Below are positions 8,186 to 16,971 of a DNA stretch of 64,000 nt, one piece after another. The notes under the pieces were generated by a model that saw only the letters and a program-made list of their open reading frames with translations, was not told the origin of the DNA and did no database searches. Both the position numbers and the translations under genes were made by a program. Positions within the stretch are counted from its first letter, which is position 1; every line of letters starts with the position of its first letter. The stretch spans positions 1 through 64,000 of the forward strand of contig JAZDJN010000035.1 in NCBI GenBank assembly GCA_043803945.1, in the 5' to 3' direction. The stretch comes from a bacterium. GTDB lineage: Bacteria; Bacteroidota; Ignavibacteria; UBA10030.

Positions 8186-10386
8186 GATAAATCTCCATTC
8201 AGTTTTAACTTATATGCAGTTAGCGCTTTTCCTGCCAAATAATCTGTTTCCGAAGTTGTCAGCTCCACCGCATCGTTGATGAAGTAGCGCTTACCAATTT
8301 CAAGGCCACTGTGAATAATTGAGGATCCGCCTCGCAATGCCACGATCTTAGTATCAGCTGCATTGCCGGATTGCTGAAGGACACCATCCCAGTGATCTCT
8401 GTCGTCTTGAAGAACAAACGCACTGCCATTGTTGCCATCCTCCAAGATCAGAGCAATGAATTTTGAGTCTGTCAGAATGAGAATCGATTCACTGGTAGGA
8501 TTATCGTTGGCTCTGTTCGCAAAATGCGTCACGACATACTTGCGATTAGGAATCGCTCGCGTGTTGTGCACATCAACAAACATAAAGACGTATGGATTAG
8601 AAAGACTTGAGCCAATATCCTCCAACCAACCAATAGCAATGCGGCGTCCACCGAGATACTTCAGCGCCCTGCGTTTCGCTAAAACTCCAGAATGAATCTG
8701 CAGCCGGTCGCCAACACTTAGCCTGAAGTCATTGAGAACTTGACCAACAACTACTTCTAGCCGGTTGACATCGGCTCCATAAGGGACAAGAAGGGCAAAT
8801 TGATCTGTGCCGACAGCTGCTAATGAGAGCAATTCTGAATAAACACCCTCACACACAGGGACTTTCTGACTTGGTACTATTAAACCTGACAGCGTAAGGC
8901 GAATGGCCTGGACATAACCAACAGTCACACTAGAATCGGTGTAGGCAATAACAACTCGATACGTTGATACTTTGCAGACGCTCACATGTTGGCCAGTACT
9001 CAAGATCGTCAACGGAGAACCGATCGATAGGGAAAAGTCACCGGCTATAAATAAACAAACCGCAGCTAATCCGTCGTCGTCTTTGTAGAGAACCACAGCC
9101 ATCGAGCTGGCAAGAATTTCACAGGATATTTCTGTGTGATTTGAGCCGCTATGAATCGTTGTCGGAGCGCCGGTCGTTATCGTCGTCCCAGTGATCGTGC
9201 AAATTCTCGCCTTGCAAACAACGTTGGCTGATGTGACTATTAACACTTTTGACTCAGACACCTTTCGTAAATCAAAATCAGTCATGGCCGCGTCGGTGAA
9301 CAGCGACTGCTCGGATCCCCACGTCACACCTAATCCGGACACAGTTCCAATCTTTGCCTTCATATCATTGGACACCCAGTAAACAACCATAATCCTGGTA
9401 TCGCTCAATGCTACACCAACAAATGTAGAAGATAAATTGGTGATGGCTAGATTACGATTGCAATAAACCACAGAGCTGTCAAGACTGCCACTGACAGCAT
9501 ACAAAGCGTTCGTCGTTATGAAGAACGACACATGCCTGGTCGAAGTTAAAACGATCGTGGACGATCCACCGGGAAAAGCCTGTGCTGCTCCAGCGTTCAG
9601 AAGAGTAACGGCGCCGATTGAAAGGTCGGTGGCATTCGCCAATGTTACTATTGCTCCAACTCCCCCATAAGTCTCATACCATGTTGCCATCAATTTCGTG
9701 CTGCTAATTTTGCTCATTGAAAACGGAATCGATGCATTGCTGGAAAGCTCGATACCAATTCCGAATGTAAGTGACGTGCCGGAGATGGTTGCAGCCTTCA
9801 ACATCGGACGCAGGGTAGTATTCGCACGATACCGGACAACGACTGTTGACGCTGACAGAACACATACCTGACAAGGACTGTCTGGCCCACCCTCATTTGC
9901 AGCTGTAGAGACTAACACCGGACCGCCATGACCAATCACATTGCCACCCGTTACTGTTACCACTACTGCACTGGTCATGTCTCCCGTAGTATTCTCATAG
10001 TAAGCCAGGACAAACTTAGCTGCGTCAACAACGTCGCCACTGAGATACTTGCCGCCAACAATGGCCGCTACCGTGTCCGCTGCTCCCCATGAAAATGACG
10101 TGCCGCTGATGTCGCCAATGATCGACTTCACTGCTGTCTGAGTGTTGATGCTGACAGCAATCTTGCTGCTTGACAATGCCAACACAACCAAGCCGTACGA
10201 ATTATCAGCCAACGGCTGACTGGTGTTCCCGAAGGTAATCACATTGCCGGCATCGACATCGCCAACTTGAACCTTGCACTTGTTGTCAGTGTAATTATTA
10301 TATCCAATCACGATCTTCGACGCCGAAAGAGCTGTTACACCAATGGCGTGTTCGGCTAGAGAGGTTACGAGTGTTGATGGCCACAT
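8182..10386 (-). CDS. Tail fibre / receptor-binding protein, C-terminal part (beta-propeller-like repeats)
   Basis: ~50-aa repeats such as KARICTITGTTITTG; frame remains open upstream of the ATG to ~10473. Confidence 0.7.
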   Translation of the reverse strand: MWPSTLVTSLAEHAIGVTALSASKIVIGYNNYTDNKCKVQVGDVDAGNVITFGNTSQPLADNSYGLVVLALSSSKIAVSINTQTAVKSIIGDISGTSFSWGAADTVAAIVGGKYLSGDVVDAAKFVLAYYENTTGDMTSAVVVTVTGGNVIGHGGPVLVSTAANEGGPDSPCQVCVLSASTVVVRYRANTTLRPMLKAATISGTSLTFGIGIELSSNASIPFSMSKISSTKLMATWYETYGGVGAIVTLANATDLSIGAVTLLNAGAAQAFPGGSSTIVLTSTRHVSFFITTNALYAVSGSLDSSVVYCNRNLAITNLSSTFVGVALSDTRIMVVYWVSNDMKAKIGTVSGLGVTWGSEQSLFTDAAMTDFDLRKVSESKVLIVTSANVVCKARICTITGTTITTGAPTTIHSGSNHTEISCEILASSMAVVLYKDDDGLAAVCLFIAGDFSLSIGSPLTILSTGQHVSVCKVSTYRVVIAYTDSSVTVGYVQAIRLTLSGLIVPSQKVPVCEGVYSELLSLAAVGTDQFALLVPYGADVNRLEVVVGQVLNDFRLSVGDRLQIHSGVLAKRRALKYLGGRRIAIGWLEDIGSSLSNPYVFMFVDVHNTRAIPNRKYVVTHFANRANDNPTSESILILTDSKFIALILEDGNNGSAFVLQDDRDHWDGVLQQSGNAADTKIVALRGGSSIIHSGLEIGKRYFINDAVELTTSETDYLAGKALTAYKLKLNGDLS

Positions 10387-10412
10387 TGTGACTTTGTTGC
10401 CGGTAATCGTTC

Positions 10413-11279
10413 CTACCCTGGCATAGCAGGTGCTCCGTTGATGTCTTGCCTCAACGAGTATAACAGTACAAATTTATCATCTATTAGCTTCGCAGACGTT
10501 ACTTGTCCGTAGGCATTATTCCCATCATCGTCAATCTTCACTTCGCCATCCGTAATGTTGCAGACCAGCTTTTGCGCTACTGCCCCACCGTTATTCACAA
10601 TCTTTACCAGGTCACCTGCAGTCATCGATTCTCCCAGTTTTACAGTCAAGCTGCTTTCCAGTGCGTCAAGACGATCGGTGTGGGTATCCTGTGCAGTCTC
10701 AATCGCTGTAAACCGACCTTCAAAATCAAATGCACCCAGCTTCTTATCATAGAGAGGCCAGAGGTTAGTCACGATGCCCACCGCACTTACGTTACAAAGT
10801 TTGACATGAAACACTGAAGAGGTGTCCACAGGAACTGCCGTTGCATATCCAAGCGCAACAGTGTAGCGGTATTGGTTCGGTCCGGGAAGAGAAGTCGGCG
10901 CATACGGTGGATTCACATTAACGCTTTCGGGATCAGACTCATGGGTTAACTTCGATTCGGTGACAGCAAAGTATAATGCCCTGTCCTCTGCGACATGAGC
11001 TATCTCGGCTTGCTGTGTCAGTCGGACCAGATAATTCTTGAACAGCATCAAACCACTCGAGACTGAAACAAAGCCATTACTCACGTTCAGGTTTAGACCT
11101 TCGACGCGAACGGGCCCGAAGATCTTCGTCATAATTGTTTCCAGGCGATGCAATGGAATTTCGTTGTTCAGGTTCACGTCATAGTCTGTGAACTGAACAG
11201 GCAGAGGAAGAAATTCCACCTTCAGTATTGATTCGTCAAATACGCTCGCTGTTGAACGAAGCGGCAACGTCGTGGTCAT
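10413..11279 (-). CDS. Tail fibre, N-terminal part
   Basis: Follows baseplate genes; short coiled coil then first repeat; continues in another frame into 8182-10386. Confidence 0.65.
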   Translation of the reverse strand: MTTTLPLRSTASVFDESILKVEFLPLPVQFTDYDVNLNNEIPLHRLETIMTKIFGPVRVEGLNLNVSNGFVSVSSGLMLFKNYLVRLTQQAEIAHVAEDRALYFAVTESKLTHESDPESVNVNPPYAPTSLPGPNQYRYTVALGYATAVPVDTSSVFHVKLCNVSAVGIVTNLWPLYDKKLGAFDFEGRFTAIETAQDTHTDRLDALESSLTVKLGESMTAGDLVKIVNNGGAVAQKLVCNITDGEVKIDDDGNNAYGQVTSAKLIDDKFVLLYSLRQDINGAPAMPG

Positions 11280-11290
11280 TTTGAAACTCC

Positions 11291-11851
11291 TTACTCGTAG
11301 ACAAAGTTAAGTTCAATTGCAATGTCATCGCCGCCAAACGGCAGTTCACGTGGCAATGTCGTCTCGAAAAACTCTTTCATTTTATCCGATACCGTCGCTG
11401 GCATCGTCACAGTAATGACGGAATACTGCGGGTCATAAAAGTAGAAGCATTTTTCCGGCTCGTCCTCTGGGCCAACGCTTTCCAGCATCTGCGTGCTCGG
11501 CAATCCCATCAACGAATTGCCTAAAAACAAGACTTTCTTCGCCGACGGAGTTATAAATATCCCTACACCGATCGGGGCAAAACAGCCTACGTATTCCATC
11601 AATCCAAGCAATGTGTATCTCTTCGCATGGATCGATTCCGCTTTACAAAGGATACTTCTCTTCATGGCGTCTGTAGCTTCCGGAAAATCCGGATACGAAA
11701 ATGCTTGTTCCAAGAAATGAAGTTCTAGGGCTGCCGAGATACATTTCTCAACATCACCAACCCACTCCATCTTTCTTATCTCCAGCTCGGCTAGATTCGA
11801 GGCTGCTTCAAATAGCTCTAAATAGTTTCGAGTGTTCGTATCAGTATTCAT
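11291..11851 (-). CDS. Baseplate wedge protein (P2 gpI-like)
   Basis: Position after gpJ-like gene; KRSIL...IHAKRYTLLGL resembles the gpI KGT region. Confidence 0.55.
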   Translation of the reverse strand: MNTDTNTRNYLELFEAASNLAELEIRKMEWVGDVEKCISAALELHFLEQAFSYPDFPEATDAMKRSILCKAESIHAKRYTLLGLMEYVGCFAPIGVGIFITPSAKKVLFLGNSLMGLPSTQMLESVGPEDEPEKCFYFYDPQYSVITVTMPATVSDKMKEFFETTLPRELPFGGDDIAIELNFVYE

Positions 11852-11853
11852 AC

Positions 11854-13251
11854 CTACACCAGGTTTATAGTGACCGAACTTCCAATGTTTGTGAGAATTT
11901 CTGTATCACCAACCGCGACAGTCTCAACCGGAGAAGTAACGACGAATCCGGCTAATAACGATCCGTTGTTCGTAATCACATCCATGATATCCGTCAACGT
12001 CAACGAGACACCGAACTCAACGATATAATCGACATTCTGCACTGTCGGATTAAGGCGACGCAGTAAGTCCGCTGTCAAGGATGCCTGCACCTCAGAGCCT
12101 ACCAGCCCGGGACGTGCAATTCCAGTAACGACAATATCAACTGGCCGATAAGACGGAGCTATAACAGAGAGTGTATATCCAAGCAATATTCTGCTGTAGA
12201 GGTATTCAAACACACTATTGAGCAAGGCACTTGAAGGATCTCCGCCACCTGCAGGAATTATCCTCACAACCACAGTCTTGCTGACCAATGACACCAAACA
12301 TCTTTCAACTCCTTCGATAGCATTGACGGCCGCATCGATGTCTTCTATGTTTACCACTCGATCATACGCTCTGCGGAGACGCGGGGCCAGCAACCTTATC
12401 TTGTCGATAGCCTCCAAGTCCTGACCGCCAGCCATCGAGCTGCTAGCCACAATAACTACCGCATATGGAGAGTTCTCAACTGTCTGAACCTTGTCTGCTG
12501 CGGCTATATTGCCGCGAGTTCCACCGCCAATTCTCGAATCAATCAGGATCTTTGCATTCAATCCGGGCATTGCACCATAGATGCCATCTCCAAATACCAC
12601 ACGGCTAAAACTATCGCCCAGGTATTCAACGATGAAATGTTTCGAGGTAGAAATGCTTTCAGTAAACGAAGATACCTTTGTCCACGACACACCACCGACC
12701 TTAACTCTGACACTGCCGTTAATCACGTTGCGGTCAGTAATCATTGTCGCTTGGTATGGTCTTCCAGTACCGACAAGTGTCTGACTAATGCTGCGGCCTT
12801 CCACTACAGCGATTGTCATATTCTCAATGAGAGAAGGGATGGTGAATGATTCGCTATTCTCATAGTAAATCATCTCTCCATCTGCCCCAAGAACAGAAGC
12901 CTGAATTTCGAACTGCCCAACGGTGCGGGGATTCGGGTTGCTGTCGAACTGAACGGAAATCGTCCCGATACTTGCTACCAGCGTTTTTATCGGATACCCA
13001 AGAGCCAAAGCCCTTGCTTCGACAAACTTGCGTTCTCGAGCTGTAAGTATATTCCATTCTCCGGACCATGCGTTTACCAGCCACAACGCTTTATCGAGTG
13101 CATGAAGATAGAGGTCTAACGCAAACTTCCCCAAGTCATTCTCGTTGTCAAATTCCCAATCGGGAAAATGAGTTTCAGCCAAAGCCTTCGCCGCAGCTAT
13201 CAACGAATCGTAATTCATATCTGTTATGTTAAACGTAAACTTAGCTGCCAT
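11854..13251 (-). CDS. Baseplate J/gp47-family wedge protein
   Basis: FGDGIYGAMP, GGGTRGNI, GGQDLE...RVVNIED motifs. Confidence 0.9.
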   Translation of the reverse strand: MAAKFTFNITDMNYDSLIAAAKALAETHFPDWEFDNENDLGKFALDLYLHALDKALWLVNAWSGEWNILTARERKFVEARALALGYPIKTLVASIGTISVQFDSNPNPRTVGQFEIQASVLGADGEMIYYENSESFTIPSLIENMTIAVVEGRSISQTLVGTGRPYQATMITDRNVINGSVRVKVGGVSWTKVSSFTESISTSKHFIVEYLGDSFSRVVFGDGIYGAMPGLNAKILIDSRIGGGTRGNIAAADKVQTVENSPYAVVIVASSSMAGGQDLEAIDKIRLLAPRLRRAYDRVVNIEDIDAAVNAIEGVERCLVSLVSKTVVVRIIPAGGGDPSSALLNSVFEYLYSRILLGYTLSVIAPSYRPVDIVVTGIARPGLVGSEVQASLTADLLRRLNPTVQNVDYIVEFGVSLTLTDIMDVITNNGSLLAGFVVTSPVETVAVGDTEILTNIGSSVTINLV

Positions 13252-13583
13252 ACCACAACGTCCACCTTTCCTGTCGAATCTGTGTAGAAGATGTTTACGT
13301 CAACCACATCCTCAACAATTTGATTTACAGCGATATCGGTGATGATTGCCTGAGGAACATAACGAGCGAACTTCTCTTGAATCTGGATGATAAATAGTGT
13401 TCGTTCTGGAGAGTAATCCTCCATCAACTCCTGCTCAATCACCATCCCTGCGATCCCGTAAAACGGATCGTGTAATCTTGTCCCTGGCACGATGCTCAAC
13501 AACATGAGAATCTGAGACTTCAGACTAACAGATTGAGCCGATCGCCCTGAATCAGAAATCTTGAACGGGAAATTGAGTGTCAT
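13224..13583 (-). CDS. Baseplate gp25/gpW-family protein
   Basis: LNFPF, PGTRLHDPFYG motifs. Confidence 0.85.
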   Translation of the reverse strand: MTLNFPFKISDSGRSAQSVSLKSQILMLLSIVPGTRLHDPFYGIAGMVIEQELMEDYSPERTLFIIQIQEKFARYVPQAIITDIAVNQIVEDVVDVNIFYTDSTGKVDVVVWQLSLRLT

Positions 13584-13900
13584 TTAATTCTCACTTTCAC
13601 CTGTGCAGGATATCCACCAAGCGTCGAGGTCTTCAACATAGCGCCACCATCCTGAGGAACTGTCGTCGAATTTCTTAAAGCAGTAACCATTGAATTCACT
13701 GACTCGCTAACCTCCGTCTCAGCATTCTCCTTTATCTCTTTGAATATTGCTGATACAATCTTATCGACAAATAATTTTGCCTGCGCCTTCATCTTGTTCT
13801 TCTGATCTGCAGGAATATTTTCTCCGTCAAGTGTCGGCTCCAAAGAAGCCCACAAAGTGTTCAATGCATCATCCGCAGCTCTTGTAACATCGATCGCCAT
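13580..13900 (-). CDS. Hypothetical baseplate-region protein
   Basis: 106-aa ORF translationally coupled within operon. Confidence 0.6.
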   Translation of the reverse strand: MAIDVTRAADDALNTLWASLEPTLDGENIPADQKNKMKAQAKLFVDKIVSAIFKEIKENAETEVSESVNSMVTALRNSTTVPQDGGAMLKTSTLGGYPAQVKVRIK

Positions 13901-13907
13901 AGCTTGC

Positions 13908-14543
13908 CTACTTGTTTGAAATGAAATTCTGTTTCTGTGCTACACCCTGATTCGCTTTCGAAACTACCGCTGGTAGGATAGTCACTGGCGCACCCATATT
14001 GCCCATCCCAAACGCCTGGGCATTTTCTAATATCCAATCAAGCGTTGGCTGCAATACAACGAATGCTCCGTTCAACTTGACGCCATCTTCTGAGAACACA
14101 AGCGAGTTGCCATACCTACCATCGACCAGTGAGATCGTTTCCGAATCCTTGCTACGGTCAATCTTCCACATAGTCCCATCGGTGTGTTTTACCACGAACA
14201 AATTCTTATCCTTCACGTCAGAGAACAGCATCTTCCAATTCTCAGTGAAAAATATTTTGATATAGGGAAAATCGTCTATCGCTTCCTGCGGTATCTTTCC
14301 CTTTAATGGACAAAAGCCATCCCAAACCAAATGCGCTTCCGGATCACCGGTCGATTGACCGACAATCCAAACACCCATGCTGCCGCCATACATTTCCACC
14401 CATTCCTTCGAGGGCATTTCAAATGCGCCAAACCTCATCACCGGCATAGCCCACCGGAGCGCACCCTTGTACCACACTCGAAGCCATCCGATCTTCTCTT
14501 CATCTATCTCGTATTCTTCTACTGCGATTCTGGCTAGATACAT
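13908..14543 (-). CDS. Baseplate spike (gpV/gp5-like)
   Basis: GWLRV...WAMP...GDPE...WDG OB-fold pattern then beta repeats; ATG 14543 preferred. Confidence 0.65.
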   Translation of the reverse strand: MYLARIAVEEYEIDEEKIGWLRVWYKGALRWAMPVMRFGAFEMPSKEWVEMYGGSMGVWIVGQSTGDPEAHLVWDGFCPLKGKIPQEAIDDFPYIKIFFTENWKMLFSDVKDKNLFVVKHTDGTMWKIDRSKDSETISLVDGRYGNSLVFSEDGVKLNGAFVVLQPTLDWILENAQAFGMGNMGAPVTILPAVVSKANQGVAQKQNFISNK

Positions 14544-14583
14544 TGCTCTATTATAGAGGATGATATGGGTGATTAAATGCGCC

Positions 14584-14599
14584 TGAAATTCGTAAGGAT
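14584..14599 (-). promoter_or_regulatory. Putative late-gene regulatory motif, copy 1
   Basis: TGAAATTCGTAAGGAT identical to 30181-30196; 41 bp upstream of the spike ATG. Confidence 0.55.
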
Positions 14600-14657
14600 T
14601 CGATAATATGAACGAAAACAATTCTGTTTAGTATGTTGATTGAAATAAGTACAAAAA

Positions 14658-16106
14658 TTACATGGTTAGCTTAATTGTCTGTCTAAACGTCCTTCCAAGG
14701 CGATGCGTGACTGTCTCCGCAAACCATTTCGCCTTCTTGTTGATTTCTAAGCCATACTTTCCACCGATATTCACAACAGGATAAACTTTTCGTGGACGAA
14801 TGTTGGGATTACCCGCCTCCAACTCTACGGTCATGCTGAACCCGGCATTTCGACGCGATTTCTTCCGCTTCCCAATAGCCTTCTTCAGTAAATCTGCTCG
14901 CTTTGCAGGATTCTTCATGTCTTCCGGTGTAACAGGTATCGCTGAAACCATAGACTTCTGACCGGCAGGACGAAATTCTATTTTCAAATTGATGTATCTC
15001 TTCACCTGATCATATCCTACGCGGCCAGCAGCAAAGTCTATTGCGCCCCATCCGATAAGCCCTGCATTTTCGTCTCTCCTTATCAAATCATAGTTGATCT
15101 CAAACGCATTGAAGAATGTCTCTACATCTACGTTGAAGCCGGATCCTCCGCTGCCTGCATTTACAGACTTAATCTGCTCTTGAGTAAGAACCTCACTGAA
15201 CGCTTCTGCTGGTACCTGAATTACCACCTCGCTTGCTAATTCCCGGTCATCGTCAATCTCAATACTGTCAACTATCATCTTTCCCTTCGTCGCCATAACA
15301 TCCTGCGTAGAAGGGATATCGCTGCCATGCATCGGATAGAACAACTCTATCGACGAAAACTCTGACATCTTTTTGAGTTCTGGTATAAAATGCAGAGACG
15401 ATACGCCGTTCTTCAGTTCTACATAAGTAATGCACTCACAGCCTAACTTCGCCTCTTTAGAACTACTTGATGGAGCATTTAATGTGTCGCCCTCTAAGTC
15501 GTCATTGGCAATGCGTTTTAGAAACTTCCAATCTGTTTCGTCCGCCTTCTGAATAGCTGGATTCTTCTCGTCAAACACTACAGCCTTGAACGCAGGCGGG
15601 ATCTCTATCGTCCCAATCTTGATAACACTCATATAGGGTTCCATCACCTTGCGGACGAGATGCTCATATGTCATTTTCATTCCACGAGTAGCCGGATACA
15701 CCTTCTGGATACCAGGCTTGCGCTGTGTCATCAGCCACGATGCATCAAAGGCAGTCACTTCCAGTTTTGGACGACCGCCTTTCGGGTAACGATCTCGAAG
15801 CCGACCGATATAGCCGGAGAACATTTCTGTGTCCTGATTCAACCGAACAGAACCATTCATATATCCAAACCACAACCTTACCTGCGCTCCTTCAGCGAGC
15901 GAATCAATGAATCTCATCACACTGACCGCAGGAGTTGATCGCAATGTAAATATTACCTTATCGGTTAAATCAGCACTCTCCTCTAGCATTATCCCTTCTT
16001 CATCTGCGACATTGTCGGTTACGTCAATCCACGCACCGATGGGGATCATCAGCGGTGGCGCAAGATTCACAGGCATCTTTATTTCTACTCGATACCAGGA
16101 CCTCAT
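14658..16106 (-). CDS. Baseplate hub (gpD / late control D-like)
   Basis: FGY...FSGYI, LEVTAFD, QKADETDWKFLKRIA, GNPNIRP, VTHRL motifs. Confidence 0.8.
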   Translation of the reverse strand: MRSWYRVEIKMPVNLAPPLMIPIGAWIDVTDNVADEEGIMLEESADLTDKVIFTLRSTPAVSVMRFIDSLAEGAQVRLWFGYMNGSVRLNQDTEMFSGYIGRLRDRYPKGGRPKLEVTAFDASWLMTQRKPGIQKVYPATRGMKMTYEHLVRKVMEPYMSVIKIGTIEIPPAFKAVVFDEKNPAIQKADETDWKFLKRIANDDLEGDTLNAPSSSSKEAKLGCECITYVELKNGVSSLHFIPELKKMSEFSSIELFYPMHGSDIPSTQDVMATKGKMIVDSIEIDDDRELASEVVIQVPAEAFSEVLTQEQIKSVNAGSGGSGFNVDVETFFNAFEINYDLIRRDENAGLIGWGAIDFAAGRVGYDQVKRYINLKIEFRPAGQKSMVSAIPVTPEDMKNPAKRADLLKKAIGKRKKSRRNAGFSMTVELEAGNPNIRPRKVYPVVNIGGKYGLEINKKAKWFAETVTHRLGRTFRQTIKLTM

Positions 16107-16387
16107 TATTCAGCCTCACGAATTAACACAACCGGCCACTCGCTGGGAACGATAACCGTTTCTCCAACTGACCATTCTTTCGGATCCCGTAAAGGATTGA
16201 CGTCTGCGATAACAAACCAATACTTCGAATCGCCATAATACAATGATGCAATTCTCTCTATCGGATGCTTGCCATCAATCGTGTGAACATCGTCGTATGT
16301 CAACTTGTGAAGAACAGCATTCGTAGCCTTAATGCGCTTGCGTATCCATGGCATACCAGAATATTTCGGGACATTCTTCTCAACCAT
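16106..16387 (-). CDS. LysM / gpX-like tail protein
   Basis: IASLYYGDSKYWFVIADVNP...GETVIVP. Confidence 0.8.
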   Translation of the reverse strand: MVEKNVPKYSGMPWIRKRIKATNAVLHKLTYDDVHTIDGKHPIERIASLYYGDSKYWFVIADVNPLRDPKEWSVGETVIVPSEWPVVLIREAE

Positions 16388-16971
16388 TAAAATCTCCCCG
16401 CAATGGTGCCAACCGCTGACGTGACGCCGCTGAACCTTGACATGACCAGTCTCTGTGCCGACGAGTAATTGCTAATACTCCCCTCTTCGATTACCAACAG
16501 TTTGATATTCGTCGAGAATCTGTTCGGCAACAGTGTGTCGGGATCGAACAGCATTTGCTTAATCGGCGCCTCAACAACCTTCGTCTTTGCCCACTGCAAT
16601 CCATAAATGAAATAACAATCGGGTGGATCTACAAATCGTTTCGTTTTCTTATTCGGCAATGAGAACATTCCCGATTCCGGCAACATAAACGACTCGATGG
16701 TGGAAATCATATCCATCACACCAAAGGGCTTCACAATGTTCGCCGCCTCTACGTTGACAGCGCCTTGAGTTGAATCTCCCCAAAGCTGGAACTCGATATA
16801 ACGCTCACCGCCATGAGAATACCATGCTATCGGATGATCCCATCCAGCGGGCGTCTGCAGTTCATACTCAGGTTTCTTGCTGACCAATAATTCGTGGGGA
16901 TTGAATTGGAACTTCAACATTAAACCTGCATTTGGATTTGACATCAATCCACGCGTAGCCCGCCTTATCAT
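16387..16971 (-). CDS. Tail tube initiator (CIS-tube/gpU-like)
   Basis: LKFQFNPHEL, PPDCYFIYG, LFDPDTLLP motifs; follows tape measure. Confidence 0.75.
   Translation of the reverse strand: MIRRATRGLMSNPNAGLMLKFQFNPHELLVSKKPEYELQTPAGWDHPIAWYSHGGERYIEFQLWGDSTQGAVNVEAANIVKPFGVMDMISTIESFMLPESGMFSLPNKKTKRFVDPPDCYFIYGLQWAKTKVVEAPIKQMLFDPDTLLPNRFSTNIKLLVIEEGSISNYSSAQRLVMSRFSGVTSAVGTIAGRF

Noticed and set aside
8182-11279. Diversity-generating retroelement or invertible fibre cassette
   Set aside because: No reverse transcriptase, template repeat, invertase or inverted crossover sites seen
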